Assembly: GCA_964016885.1 (NCBI GenBank)
Contig: OZ024740.1
Coordinates: forward strand, 72,478,001 to 72,542,000
DNA length: 64,000 nucleotides
Direction: 5' to 3'
Source: Eledone cirrhosa
Taxonomy: Eukaryota
This document shows positions 11,480-24,850 of this stretch, piece after piece; positions within the stretch are counted from its first letter, which is position 1; each line of letters opens with the position of its first letter. The notes under the pieces are model-generated. The model did not search any database and was not told the DNA's origin. It saw only the letters and a list, made by a program, of their open reading frames with translations. A program made the translations under genes and the position numbers.

Positions 11480-14400
11480 TCATCATCATCATCATCATTT
11501 TACGTCCGCTTTTCCCTGCTTGCAAGGGTGGGACGGGTCTTATTCAGCACAGCATCTCTCCACTCGTCACGGTCCCTCGTCATCTCCACCGTGAGCTTCA
11601 ATGATCTGAGGTCTGTTCTTACCACCTCCGCCCATGTTTTTCGTGGTCTACCTCTACCACGTCTTCTTTCAACTGGCATTTCCTGGCACTTCTTCACCCA
11701 TCGGTCATCCTCCATGCGCATCACATGTCCATACCACCTCAGTCTCCTCTCCCGTACACTACATTCTATCCCTCTCAGACACAGTTTCTCTCTCAACACA
11801 TTTATGCTGGGTCGTTCACGCACATTTACACTGCACATCCAACGGAGCATGCTTGCCTCATTTCTCTCCAGCCGTCGCATATCTTCTGCGGTTGCTGCCC
11901 ATGTCTCACTACCATGCAGCATCGCGCTCCTCACACAGGCATCATACAACCAGCCTTTCGTACGCAGGGAGAAACCCTTCTTCGTCAACAGAGGAAGCAG
12001 CTACCTAAACTTCTTCCAACCCGTCCTTATTCTAGATACTATGGCCTCGGAACACCCCCCTCCCATGCTAATCTGATCTCCTAGGTACCGGAATCTATCC
12101 ACCACTTCTATAGCGCCCTCTCGCATTTGAAAAATGTGTCTATCAGTGCGACTTCTACTGTCTAATTTCCCTGTACATCTACTGCATACATATTTCTCCC
12201 TACTTGTTAGTTTGCCTGCTATCCCGCTACATCTCTTGTGTACCCAGGACCTACATTGTGTGCATTTTATAGAATTTATGCCAGTTCCTTTTCTGCATAT
12301 CGAACATGGCCATTTCCCTGACGGAATCAGGGTTTTGTCCTCTTTTCTACTCATCAACACTTTTGTCTTAGCTAGATTTACTCTCAGTCCTCTTGCTTCC
12401 AACTGCTGTTTCCATAGCCGGAATTTATTCTCTAGCTCTTCTACTGATTCTGCCATAAGAGCCAGATCGTCAGCATAGAGAAGTTCCCATGGACAGCCAG
12501 TCTTAAACTCCTCTGTTATGGCTTGGAGGACTATAATGAACAAGAGCGGGCTGAGGACCGAACCCTGATGTACTCCTACTTGTATCTGGAATTCCTCACT
12601 AAACTCCATTCCTACCCTGACTTTACTGAGAGTACCTCTGTACAAAGTTTGCACTGTCCTTACAAGCCATTCCTCAACACCCAGCTTCCTTAGGGACCAC
12701 CAGATGACAGATCGGGGTACCCTATCAAAGGCCTTCTCTAGGTCAACAAAGGCTAAGTATAGTGGCTTATTCTTCTCTAAGAACCTCTCTTGCATTTGTC
12801 TCACCAAGAAGAGGGCATCTGTTGTACTCTTCCCAGGCACAAAACCAAACTGCATCTCATCTAGTTTGACCCTTTCTCTAATTAGTTGTGCTAAAATCCT
12901 TTCTGCCACTTTCATAACCTGATCTATCAGTTTTATACCCCTATAATTGCTCCTCTCCAAAGCATCCCCTTTACCTTTGTAGCAATTTATGAGAATACTG
13001 CTGCACCAGTCTTTGGGTATGACACCACCATATATAGCCTGATTGATGATGCGTGCAACCAGTTTAGTGCCTACGTCCCCTGATGCCTTCAGCATCTCAG
13101 CAACTATTCCCGATGGTCCGGCCGCCTTACCATTTTTCATTTCCCTAATCGCCTCTTGGACCCTATATTCGTCAATCTCAATAGCTGGTCCCTCTGTCGG
13201 ATCTACCAAGGGTAATTTCTCTCTCTCCCATTCGTTCTCCACATTCATCAGTCTCTCATAATGACATTTCCAGGCCTCCTTTTTCTGGTCATTCGTGACA
13301 CTAAGTACACCGGCATCATCCCGGACACATTTATCACCAACAACATCCTGATTTGCATTGACACACTGCCTTGCAATGTGGAACACCGCACGCCTCTGAT
13401 CTTCCCGTCGCAGAACATTGGCAAACCTCCTACTCCCTGCCTCCCTGCGTGCTAAGTACACCTGACGTCTAGCTTCTCTCTTAGTGGCTGTATATTCTTC
13501 CCTACTCCCACCCTTTTTCCAAGCCTTCCATGCTAGTCTTTTGTCTCTAATAGCCTTATCTACTGTGCTGTTCCACCACCAGGTCACTCTCTGTCTGGTT
13601 GGAGCTCTGCTCCAGCCACAGGTTTCATCAGTAGCCTGCAGCAAGTTGTCACGTAAGAACTTCCAGTTATTATCTATGTCATACGTCTCTAAATTGTCTT
13701 CTTTTTCGTCATATACATCTTGAAGGGCTTTCCTAAATTTGAATTTTAGTGAAAGGTCTTTTAGCTTCCAGACCTTTCTTCTCCACACCTTCCTATATGT
13801 CTCATTCCATCTCTTGCTTACTGAGATATCACTAACAACTAACCTATGCTGTGGGGTACATTCTTCCCCAGGGTATGCCTTGGTATTAGACACTATCTGC
13901 CTGTCCCGCTGCCTAACTAGCAGGAAGTCAATCTGGCTTATGTGCTCACCAGATTTGTAGGTTATTAGGTGATTGGCAGGTTTCTGGAAGTTTGTGTTGC
14001 AAATAGTCAATGTACTTGCATCACAAAATTCAAGAAGTCTCACTCCTTCTTCATTTCTTGAACCGTAACCGTGCCCACCATGTACCCCAGTGTAACCATC
14101 CTGGAGCTGTCCAACATGACCATTGAAGTCTCCTGCTAGCATAACGATGTCTCCGTCCTCTGTCATTGTGGTTGTTTGCAAAAGTTGCTCATAAAAGCAG
14201 TCTTTCTCATCTTTGCCTAGGCCTGCTTGGGGAGCATAGACCGAGATGATTGTCAGTCGTCTCCTACCTACAACTAATCTAAGCTTAATTATTCGATTAC
14301 TAACTCGAAATACCTCTATTGTCTTATTGATCCATTTCTCAGCCAGGAAAATGCCTACTCCCCCTAACCCATCATCCTTACCTACCCAGAATAGCTTATA

Positions 14401-14762
14401 GCTAAGACGCTTGCCTACGACTAGTCTCGCAGAGGCACCTCTCCATCTCACCTCTTGCACGCAGCACACATCCACCTGCCTTCTCTCCAGCATCTCCGCT
14501 ATTTCAGCAGATCTACCTCTGAGAGTGCCAACATTAAGTGTTGCAACTCTGAGATGCGACGTCTTCATATTTTGTTGTTGTTCCTATTTGTTGCAGTGCT
14601 TATAATCGTTTTGGCATTGATACACTGGTTGGATGCCCTTCCTAACACCAGCGCCACTTTACAACATGGACTGGGTGCTTTTATTTGTGCCACCAGCACT
14701 AGAGAGGATGTCTTACTAGACTCAAGGGCCCTCTCTACCCCTCCATTTTACAGCATGGTCAT
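11480..14762 (-). mobile_element. RTE-clade LINE, apparently full length (LINE-c)
   Basis: About 190 bp 5' UTR, APE-RT ORF running up to the (ATG)n tail. Confidence 0.93.
11500..14568 (-). pseudogene. APE-RT ORF of LINE-c with a single in-frame TAG at 12001-12003
   Basis: ORFs 12001-14568 and 11500-11988 are in the same frame. WKKFR* corresponds to WKKFRE in LINE-a (GAG>TAG). Confidence 0.9.
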
Positions 14763-14770
14763 TAAAAAAA

Positions 14771-15873
14771 AATATATATATGTGTATATATGTGTGTGTA
14801 TATATGTGTATATATATATGTGTATATATATATATGTATGTGTATATATATGTGTATGTGTATATATGTGTATATATATGTGTATGTGTATATATGTGTA
14901 TATATATGTGTATGTGTATATATGTGTATATATATGTATATATATATATGTGTATATATATGTATATATATATGTGTATATATATGTATATATATATGTG
15001 TATATATATGTATATATATATGTGTATATATATGTATATATATATGTGTATATATATGTATATATATATGTGTATATATATGTATATATATATGTGTATA
15101 TATATGTATATATATATGTGTATATATATGTATATATATATGTGTATATATATGTGTATATATATGTATATATATATGTGTATATATATGTATATATATG
15201 TGTATATATATGTGTATATATATGTATATATATGTGTATATATATGTATATATATGTATATATATATGTGTATATATATGTGTATATATATATGTGTATA
15301 TATATGTATATATATATATGTGTATATATATGTATATATATATATGTGTATATATATATGTGTATATATATGTGTATATATATATGTGTATATATATGTA
15401 TATATATATATGTGTATATATATGTATGTATATATATGTATATATATATATGTGTATATATATATATGTGTATATATATATATGTGTATATATATGTATA
15501 TATATATATGTGTATATATATGTATATATATATATGTGTATATATATGTATATATATATATGTGTATATATATATATGTGTATATATATGTATATATATA
15601 TATATATGTGTATATATATATATGTGTATATATATGTATATATATATATATATGTGTATATATATGTATATATATATGTGTATATATGTATATATATATG
15701 TATGTGTATATATATGTATATATGTATGTATATATATATGTGTATATGTATATATATATGTATGTATGTATATATATGTATATATATATGTATGTATGTA
15801 TATATATGTATATATATATATGTATGTATGTATATATATGTATATATATATATGTGTATGTATGTATGTATAT
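14771..15873. repeat. (TA/TG)n microsatellite field
   Basis: Directly visible. Confidence 0.97.
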
Positions 15874-16278
15874 GACCCCTTAGCCTTTGTCAAGGCAGAA
15901 TTCTAGAAGGAAAACTCTGATATAACACCTGCAACCCTGATGGTATCCAATGATGTTGACTTGTTCTTCTTTTTGGTAAATATTATCTTGGTTAAGAGAG
16001 TGGGACTGGCTTTGTGCAGTGCCTTTGCTCACTATAAAAGCTTCACGGCACAGGCATTGCTTTATATCTGGAGATCTCTGATCTCTCTGTACTTGTTGTC
16101 ACGTGGTACCATGGGCCCAGCACTATGTGTCAATAATTGTCACAGGTGTAGTGTTTGTACCAGAGTTTTCAAGTCACTGGCTGGACTAAAAAGTCACACT
16201 CGTTCAGCGCATTGGTAGGGGTTCTCCTACATGGATATAAAGTTGTGGCCGTACTCGAAAACGAGTTGGCAGCCACCA
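15874..16278 (+). mobile_element. Non-autonomous RTE derivative, 5'-truncated copy 1
   Basis: Near-identical to 19034-19433; retains [23 protein letters not shown] and the LINE-b-type 3' end. Confidence 0.85.
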
Positions 16279-16310
16279 TATATGTATGTATATATATATA
16301 TGTATGTATA

Positions 16311-16343
<33 letters not shown>

Positions 16344-16370
16344 ATGTATATATGTATGTATATACGTATG

Positions 16371-16404
<34 letters not shown>

Positions 16405-16635
16405 TATGTATGTATGTATATATGTATGTATGTATATATGTATGTATGTATGTATATATGTATGTGTATGTATATATGTATGTATGTATATATGTATGTA
16501 TGTATATATGTATGTATATATGTATATATGTATGTATATATGTGTATATATATGTATATATGTGTATATATATGTATATATGTATGTATGTATATATATA
16601 TGTATATATATATGTATATATGTATGTATGTATAT

Positions 16636-16669
<34 letters not shown>

Positions 16670-17218
16670 GTGTATATATATATATGTATGTATGTATATA
16701 TGTATATATGTATGTATATATGTATATATGTATGTATATATGTATATATGTATGTATGTATATATATATATGTATGTGTATATATATATATGTGTGTGTA
16801 TATGTATGTATGTATGTATATATATATGTATGTATGTATATATATATGTATGTGTGTATATATGTATGTATGTATGTATATATATATATATGTATGTATA
16901 TATATATATATATGTATGTATATATATATATATATGTATGTATATATATATATATATGTATGTATATATATATATATGTATGTATATATATATATATGTA
17001 TGTATATATATATATGTATGTATATATATATGTATGTATGTATATGTATGTATATATATATGTATGTATGTATATATATATATATATGTATGTATGTATA
17101 TATAGATATATATGTATGCATGTATATATAGATATATATGTATGCATGTATGTGTATATATATATATATGTATGTATATATATATGTATGTATGTATATA
17201 TATATGTATGTATGTATA

Positions 17219-17254
<36 letters not shown>

Positions 17255-17418
17255 TGTATGTATGTGTATATATATATATATATATATGTATGTATATGTA
17301 TATATGTATGTATATGTATATATGTATGTATGTATATATGTATGTATGTATGTATGTATATATATATGTATATGTATATATGTATATATATATGTATGTA
17401 TATATGTATGTATATATG

Positions 17419-17449
<31 letters not shown>

Positions 17450-17466
17450 GTATATATGTATGTATG

Positions 17467-17497
<31 letters not shown>

Positions 17498-17522
17498 ATA
17501 TATATGTATGTATGTATGTATG

Positions 17523-17556
<34 letters not shown>

Positions 17557-17584
17557 TGTATGTATGTATATATATATGTATGTA

Positions 17585-17620
<36 letters not shown>

Positions 17621-17741
17621 TGTATGTATGTATGTATGTATGTATGTATGTATATATATATGTATGTATGTATGTATGTATATATGTATATATATATATG
17701 TATGTATGTATGTATATATGTATATATATATATGTATGTAT

Positions 17742-17772
<31 letters not shown>

Positions 17773-17837
17773 TGTATATATGTATATATGTATATGTATG
17801 TATATATGTATATATATATATGTATGTATATATGTAT

Positions 17838-17868
<31 letters not shown>

Positions 17869-17881
17869 TGTATATATGTAT

Positions 17882-17912
<31 letters not shown>

Positions 17913-18833
17913 TGTATATATGTATATATATATGTATGTATATATGTATATATATATATGTATGTATATATGTATATATATATATGTATGTATATATGTA
18001 TGTATATATGTATATATATATGTATGTATATATGTATATATATATGTATGTATATATGTATATATATATGTATGTATATATGTATATATATATATGTATG
18101 TATATATGTATATATATATATGTATGTATATATGTATATATATATATGTATGTATGTATATATATATATGTATGTATATATGTATATATATATATGTATG
18201 TATATATGTATATATATATATGTATATATGTATATATATATATGTATATGTATATATGTATATATATATATGTATATATATATATGTATGTATATATGTA
18301 TATATATATATGTATGTATATATGTATATATATATATGTATGTATATATGTATATATATATATGTATGTATATATGTATATATATATATGTATGTATATA
18401 TGTATATATATATATGTATGTATATATGTATATATATATATGTATATATGTATATATATATATGTATATGTATATATGTATGTATATATGTATATATATA
18501 TATGTATGTATATATGTATATATATATATATATGTATGTATATATGTATATATATATATGTATGTATATATGTATATATATATATGTATGTATATATGTA
18601 TATATATATATGTATGTATATATGTATATATATATATGTATGTATATATGTATATATATATATGTATGTATATATGTATGTATATATATGTATATATGTA
18701 TATGTATGTATGTATATGTATATGTATATATGTATGTATATATGTATGTATATATGTATATGTATGTATGTATATGTATATGTATATATGTATGTATATA
18801 TGTATGTATATATGTATGTATATATATATGTAT
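16279..18833. repeat. (TATG/TA)n microsatellite field, ~2.5 kb
   Basis: Directly visible; begins at the 3' end of the derivative. Confidence 0.97.
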
Positions 18834-19433
18834 GTCAGGTCACCACTTGGTGCAATGGTAACATGTATTCCAGTACAACCTGTCCCATGGTCGGGTCGTT
18901 GGCGACTAAACTGGCAACCCCACTAAGGTTTCTTGGTGAGGAGGGTGACTTTGGACATCCTGCAGTACTAAAACTAAAACCTGTCAAAGGAGCTCTTAAG
19001 AGTCAATGGCCATCCAAAATCACCGGGAGAGATGACCCCTTAGCCTTTGTCAAGGCAGAATTCTAGGAGAAGGAAAACTCTGATATAACACCTGCAACCC
19101 TGATGGTATCCAATGATGTTGACTTGTTCTTCTTTTTGGTAAATATCATCTTGGTTAAGAGAGTGGGACTGGCTTTGTGCAGTGCCTTTGCTCACTATAA
19201 AAGCTTCACGGCACAGGCATTGCTTTATATCTGGAGATCTCTCTGCACTTGTCGTCGCATGGTGCCATGGGCCTAGCACTGTGTCAATAATTGTCACAAG
19301 TGTAGTGTTTGTACCAGGGTTTTCAAGTCGCTGGCTGGACTAAAGTGACATTTGTTCAGTGCATCGGTAGGAGTTCTCCTACATGGATATAAAGTAGTGG
19401 CCGTACTCGAAAACGAATTGGCAGCCACCACCA
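18834..19433 (+). mobile_element. Non-autonomous RTE derivative, longest copy (~600 bp)
   Basis: RTE-like 5' UTR segment (CTAGGAGAAGGAAAACTCTGA), zinc-finger remnant, 3' hairpin and (TATG)n tail. Confidence 0.85.
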
Positions 19434-19544
19434 TGTATGTATGTATGTATGTATGTATATATGTATGTATGTATATATATACGTATGTATTTATGTATGT
19501 ATGTATGTATGTATGTATGCATGTATGTATGTATGTATATATAT

Positions 19545-19958
19545 AACCTGTCAAAGGAGCTCTTAAGAGCCAATGGCCATCCAAAATCACCGGGAGAGAT
19601 GACCCCTTAGCCTTTGTCAGGGCAGAATTCTAGGAGAAGGAAAACTCTGATATAACACCTGCAACCCTGATGGTATCCAATGATGTTGACTTGTTCTTCT
19701 TTTTGGTAAATATCATCTTGCTTAAGAGAGTGGGACTGGCTTTGTGCAGTGCCTTTGCTCACTATAAAAGCTTCACGGCACAGGCATTGCTTTATATCTG
19801 GAGATCTCTTTGCTCTTGTTGTTACATGGTACCAGCACTATGTGTCAATAATTGTCACAAGTGTAGTGTTTGTACCAGAGTTTACAAGTTGCTGGCTGGG
19901 GTTCTCCTACATGGATATAAAGTAGTGGCCGTACTCGATAACGAGTTGGCAGCCACCA
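19545..19958 (+). mobile_element. Non-autonomous RTE derivative, 5'-truncated copy 3
   Basis: Matches 18978-19433 with small internal deletions. Confidence 0.85.
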
Positions 19959-19974
19959 TATATATATGTATGTA

Positions 19975-21470
19975 TCATCATCATCATCAACGTTGAACGT
20001 CCGTGTTCCACGCTTGCATGGGTTTGGACGGGGGTTTTCCCACTTGAGGCAAGAGTGATTGTCTTGCTCGCATAGGACTGTCTGGCAGGTTTTCTACAGT
20101 TGGATGCCCTTCCTAACACCAACCACATTTACAGTGTGGGTCTGGGAGGTTTTTACCGTGTTGCCTACACGGCCACATTACAGCGTGGACTGTGTTTTTT
20201 TGTCGTGACACATACACGATCTCATTTGTTTCGGCCTGGATGGTGTGGCACCAACATAACTTTACATAGAAAGGGGCTGTGTGGATGGGGTGGTGGTGGT
20301 GGGACGGGGTGTATTTTGTTAGAGATGCCTACTGACTGTAGTAGGTTTTACTATGTATTAAGGTAAGGCGGGTCTTCTCTATTACTGAGTACCGCCAAAG
20401 GTCTCGGTCCAGTGACATTGTCTTGGAGAGGTGTAAGTGTGTGAGGTCGGAGTTTATCAGCTCGTCCCAGGTTTTTCTAGGTCTGCCTATTCCGTGGCTA
20501 CCGTCTATCTTTATTGCCCTGCACTTTGTTATACAGCTATCGACTTTCATGCACATCACGTGTCCATACCAACGTAGCCTTCTCTCGAGTAAACAACATC
20601 TGATCCCTCTTATTTCTAATTTTTTCCTTAGTTCGTTTATGCTTTGCCGTTCACGTATATTACTATTACACATCCAGCGGAGCATGCAAGCTTCGTTCCT
20701 CTCTAGTCTGCGTATATCCTCTGCACACAATGCCAGGTCTCACTGCCATGCAACATTGCTGTCCGTATGCAGGCATCATACAACCTGCCTTTCATTTTTA
20801 GGGAGAACCCTTTAGCGGCTAATAGTGGTATAAGCTCTCTGAACTTTTTCCATCCAGTTCTGACTCTAGCTACTGTACTTTCAGATCACCCTCCACCACT
20901 CCCCAGGTAACGGAAGCTGTCCACTATTTCTATAGAGCCCTCTGCGCAGTTGAAAGAGCTAGTATTTTGTGGGCACTTGCTGCTACTTATTGCACCAGAG
21001 CACCGGCCACATGTGAAATCTATGTTCTTAGTTAGCTTACCTGTGATCCCACTACATCTTTTATGCACCCATACTTTGCATTTCTGACACAAAATGGAGT
21101 TTCCACCTACGCCTTTCCTACACACTGAGCATGGCCACTTCCCGGAAGGGACTGCTGCCTTATTTTCTTTCCTACAAACTAGAACTTTGGTCTTAGCCAG
21201 GTTAATTTTAAGGCCTGTTGATTCTAGGCGATGCTTCCATGTTCGGAATTTCTTCTCTAGCTCGGCCATTGATTCAGCTATGAGTATTAGGTCGTCTGCG
21301 TAAAGGAGTTCCCATGGGCAGCCGGTCTTGAACTCCTCTGTTATAGCCTGAAGGGCAATAATAAATAGTAGGGGGCTGAGAACAGAGCCCTGATGGACGC
21401 CAACTTTTACGCTAAACTCTTCACTATATTCGTTGTTGCCTGAAGGGCAATAATAAATAGTAGGGGGCTG
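19975..21470 (-). mobile_element. 5'-truncated copy of the LINE-a family
   Basis: Highly similar to 1519-2985, including the 3' UTR; ORF remnants 20329-20730 and 20886-21437. Confidence 0.93.
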
Positions 21471-21674
21471 TGTATGTATGTATGTATGTATGTATGTATG
21501 TATGTATGTATGTATAGATAGATAGATGTATGTATGTATGTATAGATGTATATATATTTGTATGTATGTATATGTATATATAGATGTATATATATTTGTA
21601 TGTATGTATGTATATATATTTGTATGTATGTATGTATATATAGATGTATATATATGTATGTATATATATATATG

Positions 21675-21720
<46 letters not shown>
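21471..21720. repeat. (TATG)n/(TA)n microsatellite
   Basis: Directly visible. Confidence 0.95.
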
Positions 21721-21722
<2 letters not shown>

Positions 21723-21868
21723 TGGATACATATAAAATAAAGTTAAATAAAAAATCAAATGTTTAAAATTTAGCTTCGTTTATTACTGCTATATATATTT
21801 CAGTGACAGCCATCTTTGGCTGTGTCCGCTTCAGGCAGTCCGAATTAGTGTGGTATAGACAAGTACAT

Positions 21869-21879
21869 ATGTTGTTGAG
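21869..21879 (+). CDS. Candidate start-codon exon of RalGPS (exon ~21804-21879; MLLR)
   Basis: Acceptor tttcag at 21803. ATG TTG TTG AG|gtgtat is phase 2 and joins in frame to G TGG GAC at 25541. The donor is weak. Confidence 0.35.
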
Positions 21880-22184
21880 GTGTATAATTTTGTCAATACT
21901 CTGATATGCCCAGTTACTGGTTGGGTTGTTACTTCACTGAGGAACTGGAATCATATGAATTCAAACAAACGAATTTCAGTGTCAAAGGGCCTCTTCTCCT
22001 CTCATTGGTCAGTTGTTAGAACATTCCTCATTCTAAGTCTTGTTATTGTTGGAGTTAGCTTAAAAAATTGATAAAGTGGTAGAAGGAACAAGGGGGTAAA
22101 GGAACAAAATAAAAAAAAAAATGTCAAACTTCCCATTGGTCAGTTTTGAGATCATTCCTCAGTCAGAAGTCTATAGTGTTCAAC

Positions 22185-22355
22185 ATATATTAGGGTGTAT
22201 ATTTGATGTTATTACCAGTGTATATATAAAGTGACCAACATATATGGGAGGTATATAGTGTTTAATGTTATTACCAGTGTATATATAAAGTGTTTAACAT
22301 ACATAAGAGGTATATAGTGTTTGATGTTATTACCAGTGTATATTTAAAGTGTATA
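22185..22355. repeat. ~62-bp tandem repeat (3 copies, a fourth after the SINE)
   Basis: Recurring TTTGATGTTATTACCAGTGTATATATAAAGTG. Confidence 0.75.
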
Positions 22356-22356
22356 C

Positions 22357-22690
22357 ATGGAGGCACATGGCTTAGTGGTTAGAGCATTGGCCTTGCAATT
22401 GAAAGGTTGTGAGTTCAACTCTCAGACCGGGTGATGTTGTTTCTTTGAGCAAGACACTTTATTTCACATTGCTCCAGTTTACTCAGCTGTAGAAATGAGA
22501 TGATAGGGACTGGGGTCCATATCATTCCACTGCAAAGTGGTCGTGGAGGTGCCACGGCAAAAAAGCATCCAGCACTCACTGTAAATGAGGTTGGTGTTAG
22601 GAAGGGCATCCAGCTGTAGAAATCAAGCCAGAATCAGTTCCCGTCCCACCCTTTCAAGCAGGGAAAAGTGGACGTAAAATGATGATGATA
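22357..22690 (+). mobile_element. SINE family A
   Basis: Near-identical to 5795-6130; possible short TSD ATACAT. Confidence 0.92.
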
Positions 22691-22769
22691 CATACATTAG
22701 AGGTATGTAGTGTTTGATATCAATGTATGTATAAAGTGATCAATAGTGTATTATACTGTATTGTAGTAT

Positions 22770-22900
22770 GGTGTGGTGTGTTGTAACATGGTGTAGTGTT
22801 TTGTAACATGGTGTAGTGTTTTGTAACATGGTGTAGTGTGTTGTAACATGGTGTAGTGTTGTAACATGGTGTAGTGTGTTGTAACATGGTGTAGTGTGTA
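22770..22900. repeat. 20-bp minisatellite TTGTAACATGGTGTAGTGTK
   Basis: About 6 copies. Confidence 0.85.
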
Positions 22901-23554
22901 TTGTAGTTTACAGAAGTATGATGTGTATGCAGTAGAAGCAATGGAGGAACAAGAGGTGTAACTAGTTGTCAGCCATACTTATATCTGTTGCTTTGTTTGG
23001 AAGGTAAAGCCAATGTCAATTTGTATTTGATATATTTCTCTGGAAAGAGTAACCCAGTTTTGTTAAGGGAGATATTAAAGTTGTTGATTTATGACCCACT
23101 GTCAAAATAAGGCCAGTGTTAATGTTTAGCTGTTGATTAATTTATTTTATGGCTTTTATAATCAAAATCATTAGTTTGCATCTTTAAGAAATTAAATGAA
23201 TAGGCAAGCTGCCCTGTCACAATTAAGTATCGTGTCTAATTTTTGGTAGCTACCCACCATAACTTTTTTCTAATTTTTTTTTTTTTTGTCTTCTTGAAAT
23301 ATTTTTTAGGATTCTTACATTTGAAACATAAGAGGTTAAGATATTGAGGCATGGGGTGGAGGTTGAAATTTCAATTTTTCAACATTCCTTTAAAGGATTA
23401 TAAATTAAAAAAAAAAAACGGATTCTTATATTTGAAGCAGAATATGATTTGAGGGGGTGGGGGAAATTGATTAGGGCTAGTGTCATGTTTGGGGTTATGA
23501 ATGCCTGATGTGAATTTGAAAAATTGAAAGTTCAAAAAACACCTTTTCACAGAA

Positions 23555-23695
23555 TCATCATCACCATGTTATGCCTGCTTTTCCATGCTTGCATGGATTG
23601 GGTGGGTTCTTTCCAGCACAGCGTCTCTTCAATCATCTCATTCCTTCGTCTTCTTCCCTGTGAGATTCAGTGATACAAGATCATTTCTTCCTTGG
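23555..23695 (-). mobile_element. Degenerate RTE 3' end (LINE-c-like)
   Basis: Similar to 11480-11620 with (CAT)n. Confidence 0.6.
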
Positions 23696-24144
23696 TTTCC
23701 TGAAAAAATGTTTCTAGAAACAATAAGTTAAAAAAAAAATAAAGGTTAAAAAAGCTGTGTGTGTGTGGAGTGATACAGGAGAATGAGGAACTCAAAACTT
23801 CACCCTAATTCCTGATTTCACTTCACTAAAACTGCTATTGTTCTTGATAAGACTATGAATATCATATAATCCCCTCTCTCACTCTTCCTTTTTAATGTGA
23901 AACCTTATGATAATATATACAAGAAATCAATATTGTTAATTAGCGGGCCATGAAGAGGTAGATTCTAACGAACCACACCTGTGACATGACATTGTGAAGC
24001 TGATTCATGTCAGTTAACTTGAATGAAACCACTTCTGGTTTTATGATACAAAACCACATATTTTAATGTGTTCATAATTAATTAAAACCGTCCATCATCA
24101 TTTTATGTAAAACCAATGTTAAATTAATCTTCCACACACTAGTT

Positions 24145-24292
24145 TAATAATGGTTTCTAATTTAGGCACAAGGCCAACAATTTAGGGGAGGGGAAAGTCG
24201 ATTAAATCAACCCCATTGTGTTACTGGTACTATATTTTATCGACCCCATAAGGATGAAAGGCAAAGCTAACCGTGGCAGGATTTGAACTCTC
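24145..24292 (-). mobile_element. SINE family B, partial
   Basis: AAGGATGAAAGGCAAAG...GGATTTGAACTC. Confidence 0.75.
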
Positions 24293-24608
24293 ACAATAAT
24301 GGAAACGTTAAACTATATTACTAAATTCCTCCAAATTCTTTATCATTTAAAAAGATCCATTGAAACCCATTTGGCATGAAATTCATTAGAAATATGGTCA
24401 CAAAAGGGTTAAATTAATTTGAGCTATTTTGTAAATTTGAGGTCTTAAATCTATATGAAATCAATATTTAAAGAGATCAATATTCACAGAAGAACCCTGT
24501 ATGAATTTTTTGGTATTAACTTTTACTTAGTGCAGCCTCAATTAACTTTTAATTATTTAAAAATTAATTAAACAAAAACTTGTTAGATTACTATTATTGG
24601 CTGAAAAT

Positions 24609-24609
<1 letters not shown>

Positions 24610-24704
<95 letters not shown>

Positions 24705-24850
24705 TGAGTTCAAATCCAGGTCAACTTTGCCTTTCTTCCTGCCAATGTTGATAAAATAAAGTACCAGTCAAGCAATGGGATGTTGATGTAATTGACTTAT
24801 CCTTTCCCTCAGACTACTAGCCTTGTGCCTAAATTAGAAACTATCATTAT
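24610..24850 (+). repeat. (GT)n microsatellite followed by a partial SINE B
   Basis: GT run 24610-24703, then GAGTTCAAATCC...CTTTGCCTTTC...GCCTTGTGCCTAAATTAGAAAC. Confidence 0.8.

Noticed and set aside
15940-16218. 92-aa micro-protein with a zinc finger
   Set aside because: The frame is broken or the finger deleted in the other two copies.
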